This document shows positions 51,859-63,444 of a stretch of 64,000 nucleotides of DNA, one piece after another. Each line of letters starts with the position of its first letter. Within the stretch, counting starts at the first letter, position 1. The notes beneath the pieces were generated by a model, which saw nothing but the letters and a program-made list of their open reading frames with translations, was not told where the DNA came from and made no database searches. The position numbers and the translations under genes are program-made. Source of the stretch: Octopus vulgaris (lineage: Eukaryota); NCBI GenBank assembly GCA_951406725.2, contig OX597830.1:18600001-18664000 (forward strand), in the 5' to 3' direction.

Positions 51859-52190
51859 TGTTATGTAAGGCTCAGAAAAAAATTAATTTACCTTTATTGA
51901 AGTAAATTACATTGGTTTCAAAATAAGGGGTTTCACGTCGTATAGTTTACGAACAGTTCTAGGCTTGTTTACAAACAACGCCTCTCATGGCTACCTGCTC
52001 CTTTTCTCTACTGGATCACCGCATGTAACCATGAGACTTACCTGAGAGCTTGATGCTCATTAGATAACATTAATAATACATAGCTTAAAGTTAATAAGTG
52101 GCACAACATTAAAATGAAGAATAATAAAGAACAATCTTAAGATACAAATCGGTAACTTAATGCAATTATTACATTATTCCTCCTCAAAAT
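51859..52190 (-). mobile_element. Possible 3' LTR with polypurine tract
   Basis: Minus: GAGGAGGAATAA then TGTGTAAT ... AATAAA ... TAACA. Confidence 0.25.
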
Positions 52191-52385
52191 GTATAGGCTT
52201 TCTACATCCTACTGAAATTCTAGCAATTTGCCTAAGTTGGGGATTTGATATAACTATTTTCAATGCACAGTAAAACAGGAATATATATGCATATTGCTTT
52301 CTATCAATTACAATTAAATAATTCTATTTTTAAACATGACAAATGCTTTAGTGATTAAATTGTTAAAGATCTTTTTTTCAAACAT

Positions 52386-52623
52386 ACTCTTACTCTTTTA
52401 CTTGTTTCAGTCATTTGACTGTGGCCATGCTGGAGCACCGCCTTTAGTCGAGTAAATCGACTCCCAGGACTTATTCTTTGTAAGCCTAGTACTTATTCTA
52501 TCGGTCTCTTTTGCCGAACCGCTAAGTTACGGGGGACGTAAACACACCAGCATCGGTTGTCAAATGATATTGGGAGGACAAACACAGACACACAAACATA
52601 TACACACACACACACAAACATAT

Positions 52624-52655
<32 letters not shown>

Positions 52656-52960
52656 GTCTCTTTGTTTTCTCTCCGTGTTGATATATGGACAATTAAAGTG
52701 GTTTTAGAGTCAGATTATGGCTGCTATTTCCAGCATGGTGGTATCTCGTAGATACCCTAATTTATAATTTTAATAATTATTACCTTTGGAGGTTATTTTT
52801 TCCATGCTGACCACTTGATAAAATCGTTATTTTATTTTTAAATTAACGATCTTATCCTTATATATATACGACGGGCTTCTTTCAGTTTCCATCTACCAAA
52901 TCCACTCACAAGGCTTTGGTCAGCTTGAGGCTATAATAGAAGACATTTGCCCAAGGTGAC
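52386..52960 (-). mobile_element. SINE family A split by a ~200-bp insertion in its TA tract
   Basis: Tail half 52386-52655, head-side half 52860-52960. Confidence 0.8.
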
Positions 52961-53525
52961 AAATTCCAAAATTAACATTTCGTTTTATAGCATTTCAAAA
53001 TTGAAAGTAGAATAAGCTAAAAAGTTACCTATTTAGGAAAAGTACATCATTCTTGGATTTTCTTTTTGTTTTTGTCATTTATAAAAAAAAAAACCCATTT
53101 ATTTTCAGTTGTTTTGAATTATCTCCTTGTCAAATATATCTCTGCTATTTCCTCATATAACTTCTGTTAAATCATTCTTAATGTTATAACAGGATGATTA
53201 CGGAGATTAATTACAACAAAGATTACGTTAGAAACATGAAGAGAACTTTGAAAACTCACTTGTGATAATAATGTCACAAAAGTCAAACATGTTTGTCGTT
53301 AGTTAATTCATCTTTCCTGTCCAGTTATCTTCGTGTCGACAATGTGTAGAAATTACAGAAATAGATATTATAATTAGAAATGATTGATTGAAGATGACAT
53401 ATCTTATCGTAAACAAACAAGCTCAAACAAACAAGTTCTATTGTTGACAGTTTCTACTGAAATATCATTAACAGAAGCTACGAAAGGGTGTGGCAAAAAA
53501 TGTTGGAAGCAGAAGACATATTCTG

Positions 53526-53906
53526 GGCACTACTCAAGAAGAGTGCTAGTCGTGACTAGTCGATCCTTACTTTGTGTTTTTGTGTTTTATTTACTTTGTT
53601 TAACAAAAATTATTTACTTCGTGTAAAAAATTATTTATTTTGTGTTTTATTTACTTTGCTAGGTAGTCGTAGGATCGACTAGTCACGATTAGCTAGCGCG
53701 AATGCGCGACTGAGTGTGCGCGCACCGGTACTACTAGCGAATACTGGTCCCGGTGCGCGCACACGCGCTAGCTAGTCGTAAGTAGTCGATCCTACAACGA
53801 CTACCTAGCAAAGTAAATAAAACACAAAAGCACAAAGTAAGGATCGACTAGTCACGACTAGCTAGCGCGAGTACGCGCACCAGGGCCACTGTTCTCAAGT
53901 AGTACC
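53526..53906. mobile_element. CpG-rich palindromic MITE, two oppositely oriented units
   Basis: ~65-bp TIR GGTACTACT...GCGCTAGCTAGTCG..TAGTCGATCCT recurring in alternating orientation. Confidence 0.7.
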
Positions 53907-53965
53907 AATTAAAACATTACAGAAAAGTTATCCCAACATTTTTTTTAATTCCTAATCTCCAATGC

Positions 53966-54189
53966 TTAACCTTTTAGCGTTCAGAATACTCTGCCAAATG
54001 TAATACTTATTTATTCATTGTTTTGAATTAATTATGCTTTATCTTATAGCTTCAAGATATTATGATGGTGTGATTGTTTTTAGAATGTCATTGTAGGGTG
54101 GGTAAGAAAGGTTGATTCTGTCCAGTTTCAACATAGAACAAATAGAATATCTGGGTCGGATTATAGACAGTTTAAATGCTAAAATGGTT
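53966..54189. mobile_element. piggyBac-type MITE family B, diverged
   Basis: Homologous to 9265-9490. Confidence 0.7.
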
Positions 54190-54278
54190 GGAACATACAA
54201 ATCCAAAGACGTTGGGGTGCGGGCTGGTGCACTAGGTATTTTCCGACTCTATTTCCCTAAGAATGTCATACTTGTTTG

Positions 54279-54515
54279 GGGCGGCAAGCTGGCAGAAACG
54301 TTAGCACGCCGGGCGAAATGCTTATCGGCATTTCGTCTGCCGTTACGTTCTGAGTTCAGATTCTGCCGAGGTCGACTTTGCCTTTCATCCTTTTGGGGTC
54401 GATTAAATAAGTACCAGTTACGCACTGGGGTCGATATAATCGACTTAATCCCTTTGTCTGTCCTTGTTTGTCCTCTCTGTGTTTAGCCCCTTGTGGGTAG
54501 TAAAGAAATAAGTAT
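54279..54515 (+). mobile_element. SINE family B (full length)
   Basis: Full head and tail; TSD-like TCATA.TTGTTTG. Confidence 0.9.
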
Positions 54516-54859
54516 TAATCATATTTGTTTGTAAGTTATTAACATGTTTTTCAAGACGCTCAACCATAAGTATGGATATTTTTGCACCCCCCCACCCTCC
54601 ACCCCGCCGAGAAAAAAAAAAAACATGATTTGAAAAAGTTATGAGGAGGGATTTATTTATTCATTTATTTATATGTCGAATTGTAATTTCCATTGTTTGG
54701 TTGTTAAAAATATAGGAATCTGAAGAAATATTTGAAATAATAAAAAAAAAAAGTAAAACCAAAAACGTGTGTGGTACTAAAATTGTGACTGTATTTTCAT
54801 TCACTGATCGGACAATAGATTTCGACATAATCTTTTCCCCCCCGTAACTTGTTTATTCA

Positions 54860-55047
54860 TTTTATTCTTTTACTCGTTTCAGTCATTTGACTTCGGCCAT
54901 GCAGGAGCACCGCCTTTTAGTCAATCGACCCCTAGTACTTATTCTATCGGTCTCTTTTGCCGAACTGCTAAGTTATGGGGATATAAGCATACCAGCACCA
55001 GTTGTCAAGCAATGTTGGGGGGGGGGGCAAACACAGACACACAAACT

Positions 55048-55080
<33 letters not shown>

Positions 55081-55207
55081 CACGACAGGCTTTGGTTGGC
55101 CTGAGGCTATAGTAGAAGACACTTGCCCAAGGTGCCACGCAGTGGGACTGAACCCAGGACCATGTGGTTGGTAAGCAAGCTAATTACTACACAGCCACTC
55201 TTGCACC
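54860..55207 (-). mobile_element. SINE family A with internal deletions
   Basis: Homology to the family. Confidence 0.8.
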
Positions 55208-56050
55208 TATTATTAATTATTTTGGTTATATGAAAAATTACTTGGTACCATATGTTTTAAGCGTTGCAAATTACTATTCTGAGCAAAGCTGTCTTAGCAA
55301 AACTTCAATTGTTTTCATCTCCCACTCACCTCAGAGTATGGTTGGACATTCGGAATGGTGAAATTTCTTAAGTTTTGGCCAGGATTTTTCAAATTGTTTC
55401 GCATGCGTATTTCTGAAACTATGATTAAGGGGAAATGAGATATATTTTGATCCCATTTTACTTTTCTCCAATTAAGTATTTTTTCTCTTTTTTCTGAATT
55501 TTAAATGACCGAAATTATCGTATCATAAATACTTTTGAAATTCCCATTTGCTTATCACACATCACTTAAGTTAGATTTTTTTTAAATTTTGAAAAGTACA
55601 ATGAAAAAGGAGTGGGTTAAGAATTTAATTTTTTAAAATTTGCGAATTACAAGTGTTTTCAGAATGTGAAATACAATAAAATAAAGTTAAAAGAAGAAAA
55701 ACATAATTTTATTGGTGATTGCTGTCCCAAAGGCATGATGAAGGAGAGAGCAGACGTTTAAAAGGCATGGATTAAATTCTCTCCTATACTTGAAATATAT
55801 ATATATATATATATAATCCTTTGTCTCTCAGTCTGTTCCCAATACATTCTCAAACACCTCAACCAAATCAAATCAACTTTTACATGGTAATACTATGAGA
55901 CCCCAGGAGTGTGTCAACATGTAACTTCTGGGGATTAAAACAATGCAACATTGGCACTGGTTCCGTATTGCGTTCCAAAACGCGAAGAATAAAAGTGAAA
56001 CTTTCGACGGAGTAAGAGTTATAAATAGTTTCACTTTTGTATTGTTTCAC

Positions 56051-56081
<31 letters not shown>

Positions 56082-56204
56082 ATATGGGTGTATGTATGTG
56101 TGTAATTTTTCCGTTTTTGACATTTTCCAAAGCTTTGTTTTAAAGATTACAATTCGGGCGGGGTGAGGGTAACACATTTCAATTATTAATTATTATTTTT
56201 ATTT

Positions 56205-56501
56205 ATGCACCCTTTTCAAGCCTAGCCAGGTTCATGGGCCCGGTTTCCCAGTTTCTATGGTGTATGTGTTCTCCACCAGCTGGACAGGACGCTAGTCCAT
56301 CACAGCGTTACTCAAGAAACAGGAAGAGTGAGTGAGAGAAAGTTGTGGCGAAAGAGTACATCAGGGGTCATCACCACCCCCTGCCGGAGCTCTCGTAGAG
56401 CTTTAAGTGTTTTTGCTCAATAAACACACACAACGCCTGGTCTGGGAATCGAAACCGCAATCCTCTGACCGCGAGTCTGCTGCCCTAACCATTGCGCCTC
56501 C
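56205..56501 (-). mobile_element. SINE family D
   Basis: Homologous to 41232-41520. Confidence 0.85.
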
Positions 56502-56624
56502 ACCAATCATTTAATAGTATTTTGAACTTTCTTTTGGAACTATTCTCTTTTCTTAATTTCTAAAAATATTTGAGCCAGATAATAATTAAATTAATACACA
56601 ATCGGCAGACGTCAGCGATAGGCA

Positions 56625-57940
56625 GCACACATGTTGGAATTTCTCCGTTTTGACGAATTTTTCAGATTTTTTTCATGGTGTCCTTGAAAATGATGGGGTT
56701 TTTAACAAAAAAAAATTTCGAAAAGTTTTTTTTTTTAAAAACACCCCACCCATCATACCGATTTCGGTCGATTTTGTGGGCACCACACACTTTAAAACGA
56801 TGGAAGAAACCTATCCGTTAAAAAATAAATTTTTCAGCCCCATATTTATAAATTTCTTAACCAGTAACTTACACACAAGTTGGAATTTCTCCGTTTTGAC
56901 GGATTTTTCAGATCTTTTTTTGTCCTTTGAAATAATGGGGAGCATCTTCTTATCAAAAAAATTTTTCGAAAAATGATTGCATGTGTGTTCTGACCGATTT
57001 TGGTTATTTTGTGGGCACTACGCACTTAAAAACGATGGCGGGGGGCGGCTACCTTTTCGTTAAAAAAAAAAATTGAACTCCATATTTATGGGTTTCTTAA
57101 CTTTATACATGGCATTTTTTTTTTATTAAACCTTTTTCCTTTACTCAATGAAGTGTGTTTATGGAGAGAAAAATATTAAATAAAGAAACAAGGGAAGTAT
57201 CAGATCATTGAAAGATGTGCTAAAAACAACAGCTAAATCATCTTTTTTTTTTGTCATAGTGAAACTATATTCAACAGCGTATTATGAATTTGTTTCTCTC
57301 ACCGTGATACAAGGAATCTTACATTTAAACTTTTTCTATTACTCAAAAAATAAATGAGTCTAAAAGATTTACTTTTAAGCTTCCTCCGTTGCACTTGTAT
57401 TAAGAAATTCATAAATATCGGGTTGAGTTTTTTTCTCTTTTTTTTTTAACGTAAACGTTTCTCCTATCATTTTAAAATACATTGTGCACACAAACTCAAC
57501 CAAAATCAGTTCGAAGGGGTGGGGAGTAAAAAGCATCATGCGTAGTGCCCACAAAATCAACCAAAATTGGACGGGGAGAAATTTTTTTTTGGTAAAAAGA
57601 TGCTTCGGCAAGACTTCCACCTGTCCCCCACTCCACCGCAAAAAAAAAACCACCCTTAAAAAACTTTTTTTTTCTCGACACAAACCCCACTTTTCAGCTA
57701 CGGGGAATACGAATCTGCAAAAAAATTGACAAAAATCGACATTTCTAAAATACCATGCCATCCCCGTTTCCTTCATTTTAAACTTTTTTCACAATTCTTT
57801 TTCAAAATAAGCGGAAAAATACGGAGATTATGATTCTGAAAAAAATTTCCAGAAATCTTTGTAAAATTATTTTTTAAGAATTTTTTTTTTTCTAAACATG
57901 CAGTAAAATACAGACATCATGATTCAGACAAAAATTTCAA
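56625..57940. mobile_element. DNA-transposon remnant with ~245-bp subrepeats (foldback-like)
   Basis: TTGGAATTTCTCCGTTTTGACG unit twice in tandem, inverted homolog at ~57390-57600; 57640-57870 matches the interior of 44359-45487 in reverse. Confidence 0.55.
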
Positions 57941-58469
57941 AGCATTTCTGCACTTATGGTTACAGATTTAAGGTTAGGGTTAGGGTTGGGGAAAACTCAG
58001 TTGACTGGATTATTATAAACTGACCACTAATCAAGAGAAAATGATTGATCCCAGTTATATGATGAGTGTTAACGTAAACTACTTTTGTCGATGATGTCAC
58101 TGAAAGTTGTAATCACACAAAATTGCTCAACCACCCTGCCAACACTATTGATCATTGTCGATTTAGATTCCATGGTAAAGGTCACCTTATGACATCCTGT
58201 CATGTAATAGTGTTGAGTCAAATGGCTCTTCTCAAAAAAAAAAAATGGGAATTGATCGTATAGTCCTAATAAATCCACAGAAATGATACCATTTCCCGTC
58301 CATTATTTCTTTAGTCCTCTATGTTGGTTATTCTGCATTGACATAGAGCCATCGAATTGCCTAGTCAGTAATGTTGGTTGCTGGTTATAGTATGATTGAA
58401 CAGTGTACCTCAGCTGCTATTTGTGAAATACTTAACACAATGTTAGAATTTACTATACATGAAGGTGTC

Positions 58470-58741
58470 TTAACCCTTTAGTGTTTAAATCGGCCACATC
58501 CAGCCCAAATATTCTACATGTTTGATATTTGAACTAGCCATATCCAGCCCAAATATTCTACATGTTTTATATTTGAACTAGCCATATCTAGCCTCTCACA
58601 CTTTACCTACATTGACATTCTAAAAATAAATATTCACATCATTGAGATTTCAAAGCTGTAAGATAATGTATGATTAATTCAAAACAATTTGAGTGAAAAA
58701 GCATTACATTTAACAGAATAATCAGAACACCAAAGGGTTAA
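58470..58741. mobile_element. piggyBac-type MITE family B with 44-bp internal tandem duplication
   Basis: TTAA-CCCTTTAG ... CAAAGGG-TTAA; CAGCCCAAATATTCTACATG twice. Confidence 0.85.
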
Positions 58742-60418
58742 GGGAGTTTTTATTCTTTGCATAGAATTTTGGGACACTTCCGGTTTTTGAGGACATTTTT
58801 ACTTTCATGTTCTGTTTTTGGATTTTTTCTTACAACAGTAAGCTGCATGTTAATGCGGGTTTCATAAGTCTTCATGCCACTGAATTGCTGCTCCATTACT
58901 ATCTTTATTCAGTGACATAGAACAAGTCCTTGAAGCTTTCACGTAGTCAAAGACTATTTGAAATATGACAGATATTGTTGACTTTGATTTTTCTAGAAGT
59001 GTATTGCTTCTTTAGAAACTGTACCTTTTTTATACTTTGTGGAACTTTATATAACGTCAAGACACCTTTGAGACTATTGCAGTGACATGTTCTGACTACA
59101 AACACACACAAACCCAGCAGTAGCTGCAGTTTGTTTGTAAAAACTACTCAGCTGAGTTGGGTATTAAGTCAGTGTTTCTCCAAACGTTTTTAATTATCGC
59201 TTCCTTTTTCTTATTTAGATTTTTCAATGCTTCTCTGCTTGCAATTTAGCAAAATTAAATACACCATATGCACATATCAGTAGGTATATATGCACTCAAG
59301 TAAAGACACTACCTAGCACTATAGGTGCAATGGCCCTCTTTATTTCATTAATTAGTCGTTAATTTATGGGATTAGTAAAAAAAATTATTTAATGTCTTTT
59401 GGGGGTTTTTTTGTTTATAATTTACATGCATAGGTGGCATATATTCATTTTTGTTTATTTAATTAACATTTTGAAATCTGTTATTACTTCTGTGATGTTG
59501 TTTTTGTGACTAGGGCTAACAGGCAGTTTATCATCATATGGGCTCACAAAACCATACTATGATTCCACCCATGCCAGCATGAAAGGTGGATGTTAAATGA
59601 TGATGATGATATCAACATAGTGCCATTATTGGTCAATTGTGTATTTGCATATATACATTTTCTTATCTTTACTGACATAAAATGTATATTTGTGTTGTTG
59701 CTTGGACCAATGCCAACCTAATTCAAGTAAACAGGCCTATCATTAAAAGGTGCTGTAGCCATGACATCCTATCATCCTAAAAAAATCAAGATTGATGCAT
59801 TAGAGAATGTAATCATAGAGGTAGATAGATACAAACAAAACGACTAGATGGTCACAGTTGGAATGCCTTTTCACTAATTGATCAGGACTAGCTTGAGGTT
59901 ACTACATGAATAAGAGAGCCATTATTGCTAGGAAATAGCAATAAATGTCCCTCAAACTATGTTCTACCATCTTAAAGAGAATACATTGGTCAATGTATTC
60001 TTCTCCCTCAGCTGTCAGTTCTGATCATCAAAAGGCATTCCAACCATGACCATCTTGTTTTGTTTTTCCGACATCATGTATCTATGGTAACATTCTCTTG
60101 TGCTTCCATCTTGATTTTAAGGTGATAGAATATAATTTGGAAGAAGCTTGCTGCTATTTCTCACAGCTTGAGTTGTCACTTGTAAAAGCTCTCCTCATTC
60201 ATGTTAAATTACTATACGGACCCGGCCATGAGATCTGTTTCAATGGCACTCCTACAACTCCATGAAGAGTTGAGGCTTAAGGAAGGAATATGTAGACATC
60301 TTTGCAAATGGCTAAAATTTAGTGTTAATGTGTTAATAAATTACTTGTGCTGGAACCATATAATTAGAGTAAATCCATTAATGATACTGCCTCCAGCTCT
60401 AAACTATCAACTCTAAAA

Positions 60419-60600
60419 CAGTGTTCTGCAATCTCATGCCATGGCACACTGGTGTGTCACGAGATGATGCTAGGTGTACATTGGTGTAACCTGAATAGAA
60501 TTTTTTCCCCTTTACTTTTAGTTATATTTTAGTTCTGGTGCACCACTGAATTTTGAAAAGAATAAGTGTACCGCAAGTGAAAAAAGGTTGTGGACCACTG
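60419..60600. mobile_element. hAT-type MITE
   Basis: CAGTG...CACTG termini, 8-bp TSD CTCTAAAA/CTCTAAAT. Confidence 0.75.
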
Positions 60601-60703
60601 CTCTAAATTGATAGAATCACACTTCATAATTAGTTGTTGTGTAGTTTCCCAGTTGAACCTTGACTGATCAAAGAAATTCTAGCTGTTTCTTTATTTTTGG
60701 GCC

Positions 60704-61579
60704 GTGACTGCTGAGGACATGCGTAAGCTCATGAGGAATGAAGCCAGTATGCTCCGATGGATGTGTAATGTCAGTGTACATACTCGACAGAGCGTTAGTA
60801 CCTTGAGAGAAATGTTGTACCTAAGAGGCATCAGTTGTGGTGTGCAAGAAAGACGATTGCGCTGGTATGGTCATGTGGCGAGAATGGATGAAGATAGATG
60901 TATGAGAAAGTGCCAATCCCTAGCAGTTGAGGGAACCCGTGGAAGAGGTGGACCCAGGAAAACCTGGGACGAGGTGGTGAAGCACGACCTTCGAACTTTA
61001 GGCCTCACTGAGGAAATGACCAGCGACCGAGACCTTTGGAAATATGCTGTACGTGAGAAGACCAGGCAGGACAAGTGAGCCCAGCCCACTTATGCATGCC
61101 TTTCCTCCCTTGGACACAAAGACCTGTTGAGGCAAGCGAAGTCAATATAGAACCTCATCCGACGACAGGCACCCATGCCAACCCCCTTTGCTTGTGAAGA
61201 CATGTTGGGGCAAGCGAAATCGAAATCGAATTGAACCAGCCAGGACACCTGGACTGGTGGTACGTAAAAAGCACTATCCGACTCGTGGCCGATGCCAGCG
61301 CCGCCTCGACTGGCTTCCGTGCCGGTGGCACATAAAATGCACCAATCCGACCGTGGCCGTTGCCAGCCTCGCCTGGCACCTGTGCAGGTGGCACGTAAAA
61401 AGCATCCACTACACTCATGGAGTGGTTGGCGTTAGGAAGGGCATCCAGCTGTAGAAACACTGCCAGATCAGACTGGAGCCTGGTGCAGCCTTCTGGCTTC
61501 CCAGATCCCCGGTCGAACCGTCCAACCCATGCTAGCATGGAGAACGGACATTAAACGATGATGATGATGATGATGATGA
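60704..61579 (+). mobile_element. 5'-truncated RTE-clade LINE (ORF C-terminus + 3' UTR + (GAT)n tail)
   Basis: MLRWMCNV...ERRLRWYGHVARMD...GTRGRGGPRKTWDEVV...DRDLWK is a typical RTE RT C-terminal region. Confidence 0.92.
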
Positions 61580-62259
61580 ATGCGACCTTCTTTTTGAAGA
61601 CTTTGAGGGAATAATTTGAAGGAGACTTAGCTGCTATTTCTCACAGGTTAAATCACCATGTAGAGGCACCTTTATTGGCTTGTAATCACTGTTGTTTATA
61701 GAAGTTGACCAGGGGTGGGGAAACTTTTTAGTGTGGTGGGCAAAAATTTCCAATGATAAAGGTCTGCGGGTGGATCACAAGTTCTAACCCTTATATTTGT
61801 GTAAATCTTGTATATACCTATGTATAATTCAATATACAGTAATAAAGGTAGATTTAACACATTAAATTAACACATAACATCTTCATTAACGCCACCACTG
61901 AATTTAGGATGTTTATATTATTTAGGAGGAGGTATACCCTATTTTTCAGCTAGAGTATAGTTGGGTCTCAAGGGGGTGGTACAAACTTAGCAATATGTGT
62001 TTTATAGTGAAAACAAAATTTCCATTCAAATGGCAATTACCAGAATATTTTTGATTATAGTTAGCTTGTATATATATATACACACATATAAATACACACA
62101 CATGAAGATGCCAACTTGACATCTTTATATTGATTTGTTGCTTTGACATCAGATCATCTTTTTATAGGATAGGATCAATGCAATCAGTTGAGTTGATTTA
62201 GCATACATCTTGTGTCAAGTTTTATTGACTCGGATTTGAAGGGAAACAATTTAATATTC

Positions 62260-62549
62260 AACAATTGCAGCGTGGAAGGTGTTTATAAGCCATTTAAGAA
62301 ACACACAAAAGCCGTTCGATTCACTTCAACATTTAAGTTTAAATCCGTGCTGCACGATTTTTGTCAGTGAACAGGTCGCGGTCTTAAAGCGACGAAAATA
62401 TTTTGACAAATTAAACTTAAATGTTGAAGTGAATCGAACAGCTTTTGTGTGTTTCTTAAATGGCTTATAAACACCTTCCACGCTGCAATTGTTTTCGTTT
62501 CAGCACACGATCTCAGATAAAATTACTTGCTATGCAAGTACATTTCCAT
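62260..62549 (+). mobile_element. Hammerhead (G3-C8) retroposon with inverted 5' segment
   Basis: 12-bp TSD AATTTAATATTC (62248-62259 / 62550-62561); 62260-62342 is the reverse complement of 62411-62493. Confidence 0.82.
62360..62410 (+). ncRNA. Minimal type I hammerhead with G3-C8 compensatory core
   Basis: Stem I UUUGUCA/UGACAAA; core GUGAACA-G; stem II GUCGC/GCGAC; GAA + palindrome AAUAUU + U. Confidence 0.7.
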
Positions 62550-62574
62550 AATTTAATATTCTATTGGTTTAGAC

Positions 62575-62837
62575 TGGTATTTCTCAACCATTCTTTACCT
62601 ATGGATCCCCATTGATTCCTATTTCATGCAGGTGGACCCTTGTAGTCATTCAATAATAATTTTTAAAATCTTATGTTTTCATAATTAACTATTATTAGAA
62701 ATTCTATAGAAAAGATTATTAGAATATTTTTTGTTTGTAAAAGTATAACCAGTTTATTGCAGATAAATTTTAACAACAAAACCTTATAGTGGACCCACCC
62801 CTCCAAGGGCCACATGGACCCCAACTGAGAATCCCTG
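62575..62837. mobile_element. hAT-type MITE, diverged
   Basis: TTTCTCAAC / TGAGAATCCCTG termini, TSD GTTTAGAC/GTATAGAC. Confidence 0.6.
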
Positions 62838-62922
62838 GTATAGACACAGCCACCTGTACTCTGAATTGATTCAATGTTTAGTCCTTAGTTCTGCTCAAAC
62901 ATATTTTTGGCATTATGTAGTT

Positions 62923-63048
62923 TTCTTCTTCTTCTTCTTCTTCTTCTTCTTCTTCTTCTTCTTCTTCTTCTTCTTCTTCTTCTTCTTCTTCTTCTTCTTC
63001 TTCTTCTTCTTCTTCTTCTTCTTCTTCTTCTTCTTCTTCTTCTTCTTC
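62923..63048. repeat. (TTC)n microsatellite
   Basis: Pure triplet run of about 42 units. Confidence 0.97.
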
Positions 63049-63259
63049 CAATCAGGACTCACGCCATTAGCCACAGAGAATAATCTCTAATTTGAGCAGA
63101 CTCTAAGCTACATTGTTATCCTCATTCTGTAAACAGTGGCTTTTAACAGGTGGAGAGCTGAACCATCCTGGGGTTCAGAGGATTCTCAATCTAGACTAGG
63201 GTCTGAAAGTTTACCACACCATAGTGGGTTACACCATGGTTCCTCTCCTTTGTGGCAGA

Positions 63260-63444
63260 AGTAGGAAGAAAGAGTGAGAGAAAGTTGTGGTGAAAGAGTA
63301 CAGTGCCCCCCCCTCCCGACTGGAGCCTCATGGAGCTTAGGTATTTTTGCTCAATAAACATTCACAATGACCGGTCTGGGAATCAAAACCACGTTCTTAT
63401 GACCGCAAGTCCGCTGCCCTAACTACTGGGCCATTGCGCATCCA
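63260..63444 (-). mobile_element. SINE family D 5' half
   Basis: Homologous to 41350-41520. Confidence 0.8.

Noticed and set aside
51839-51860. 9-bp perfect hairpin CAGGTGACA-AATC-TGTCACCTG
   Set aside because: Too short to distinguish from chance or a TE scar
62866-63090. Poly-Phe ORF
   Set aside because: (TTC)n microsatellite
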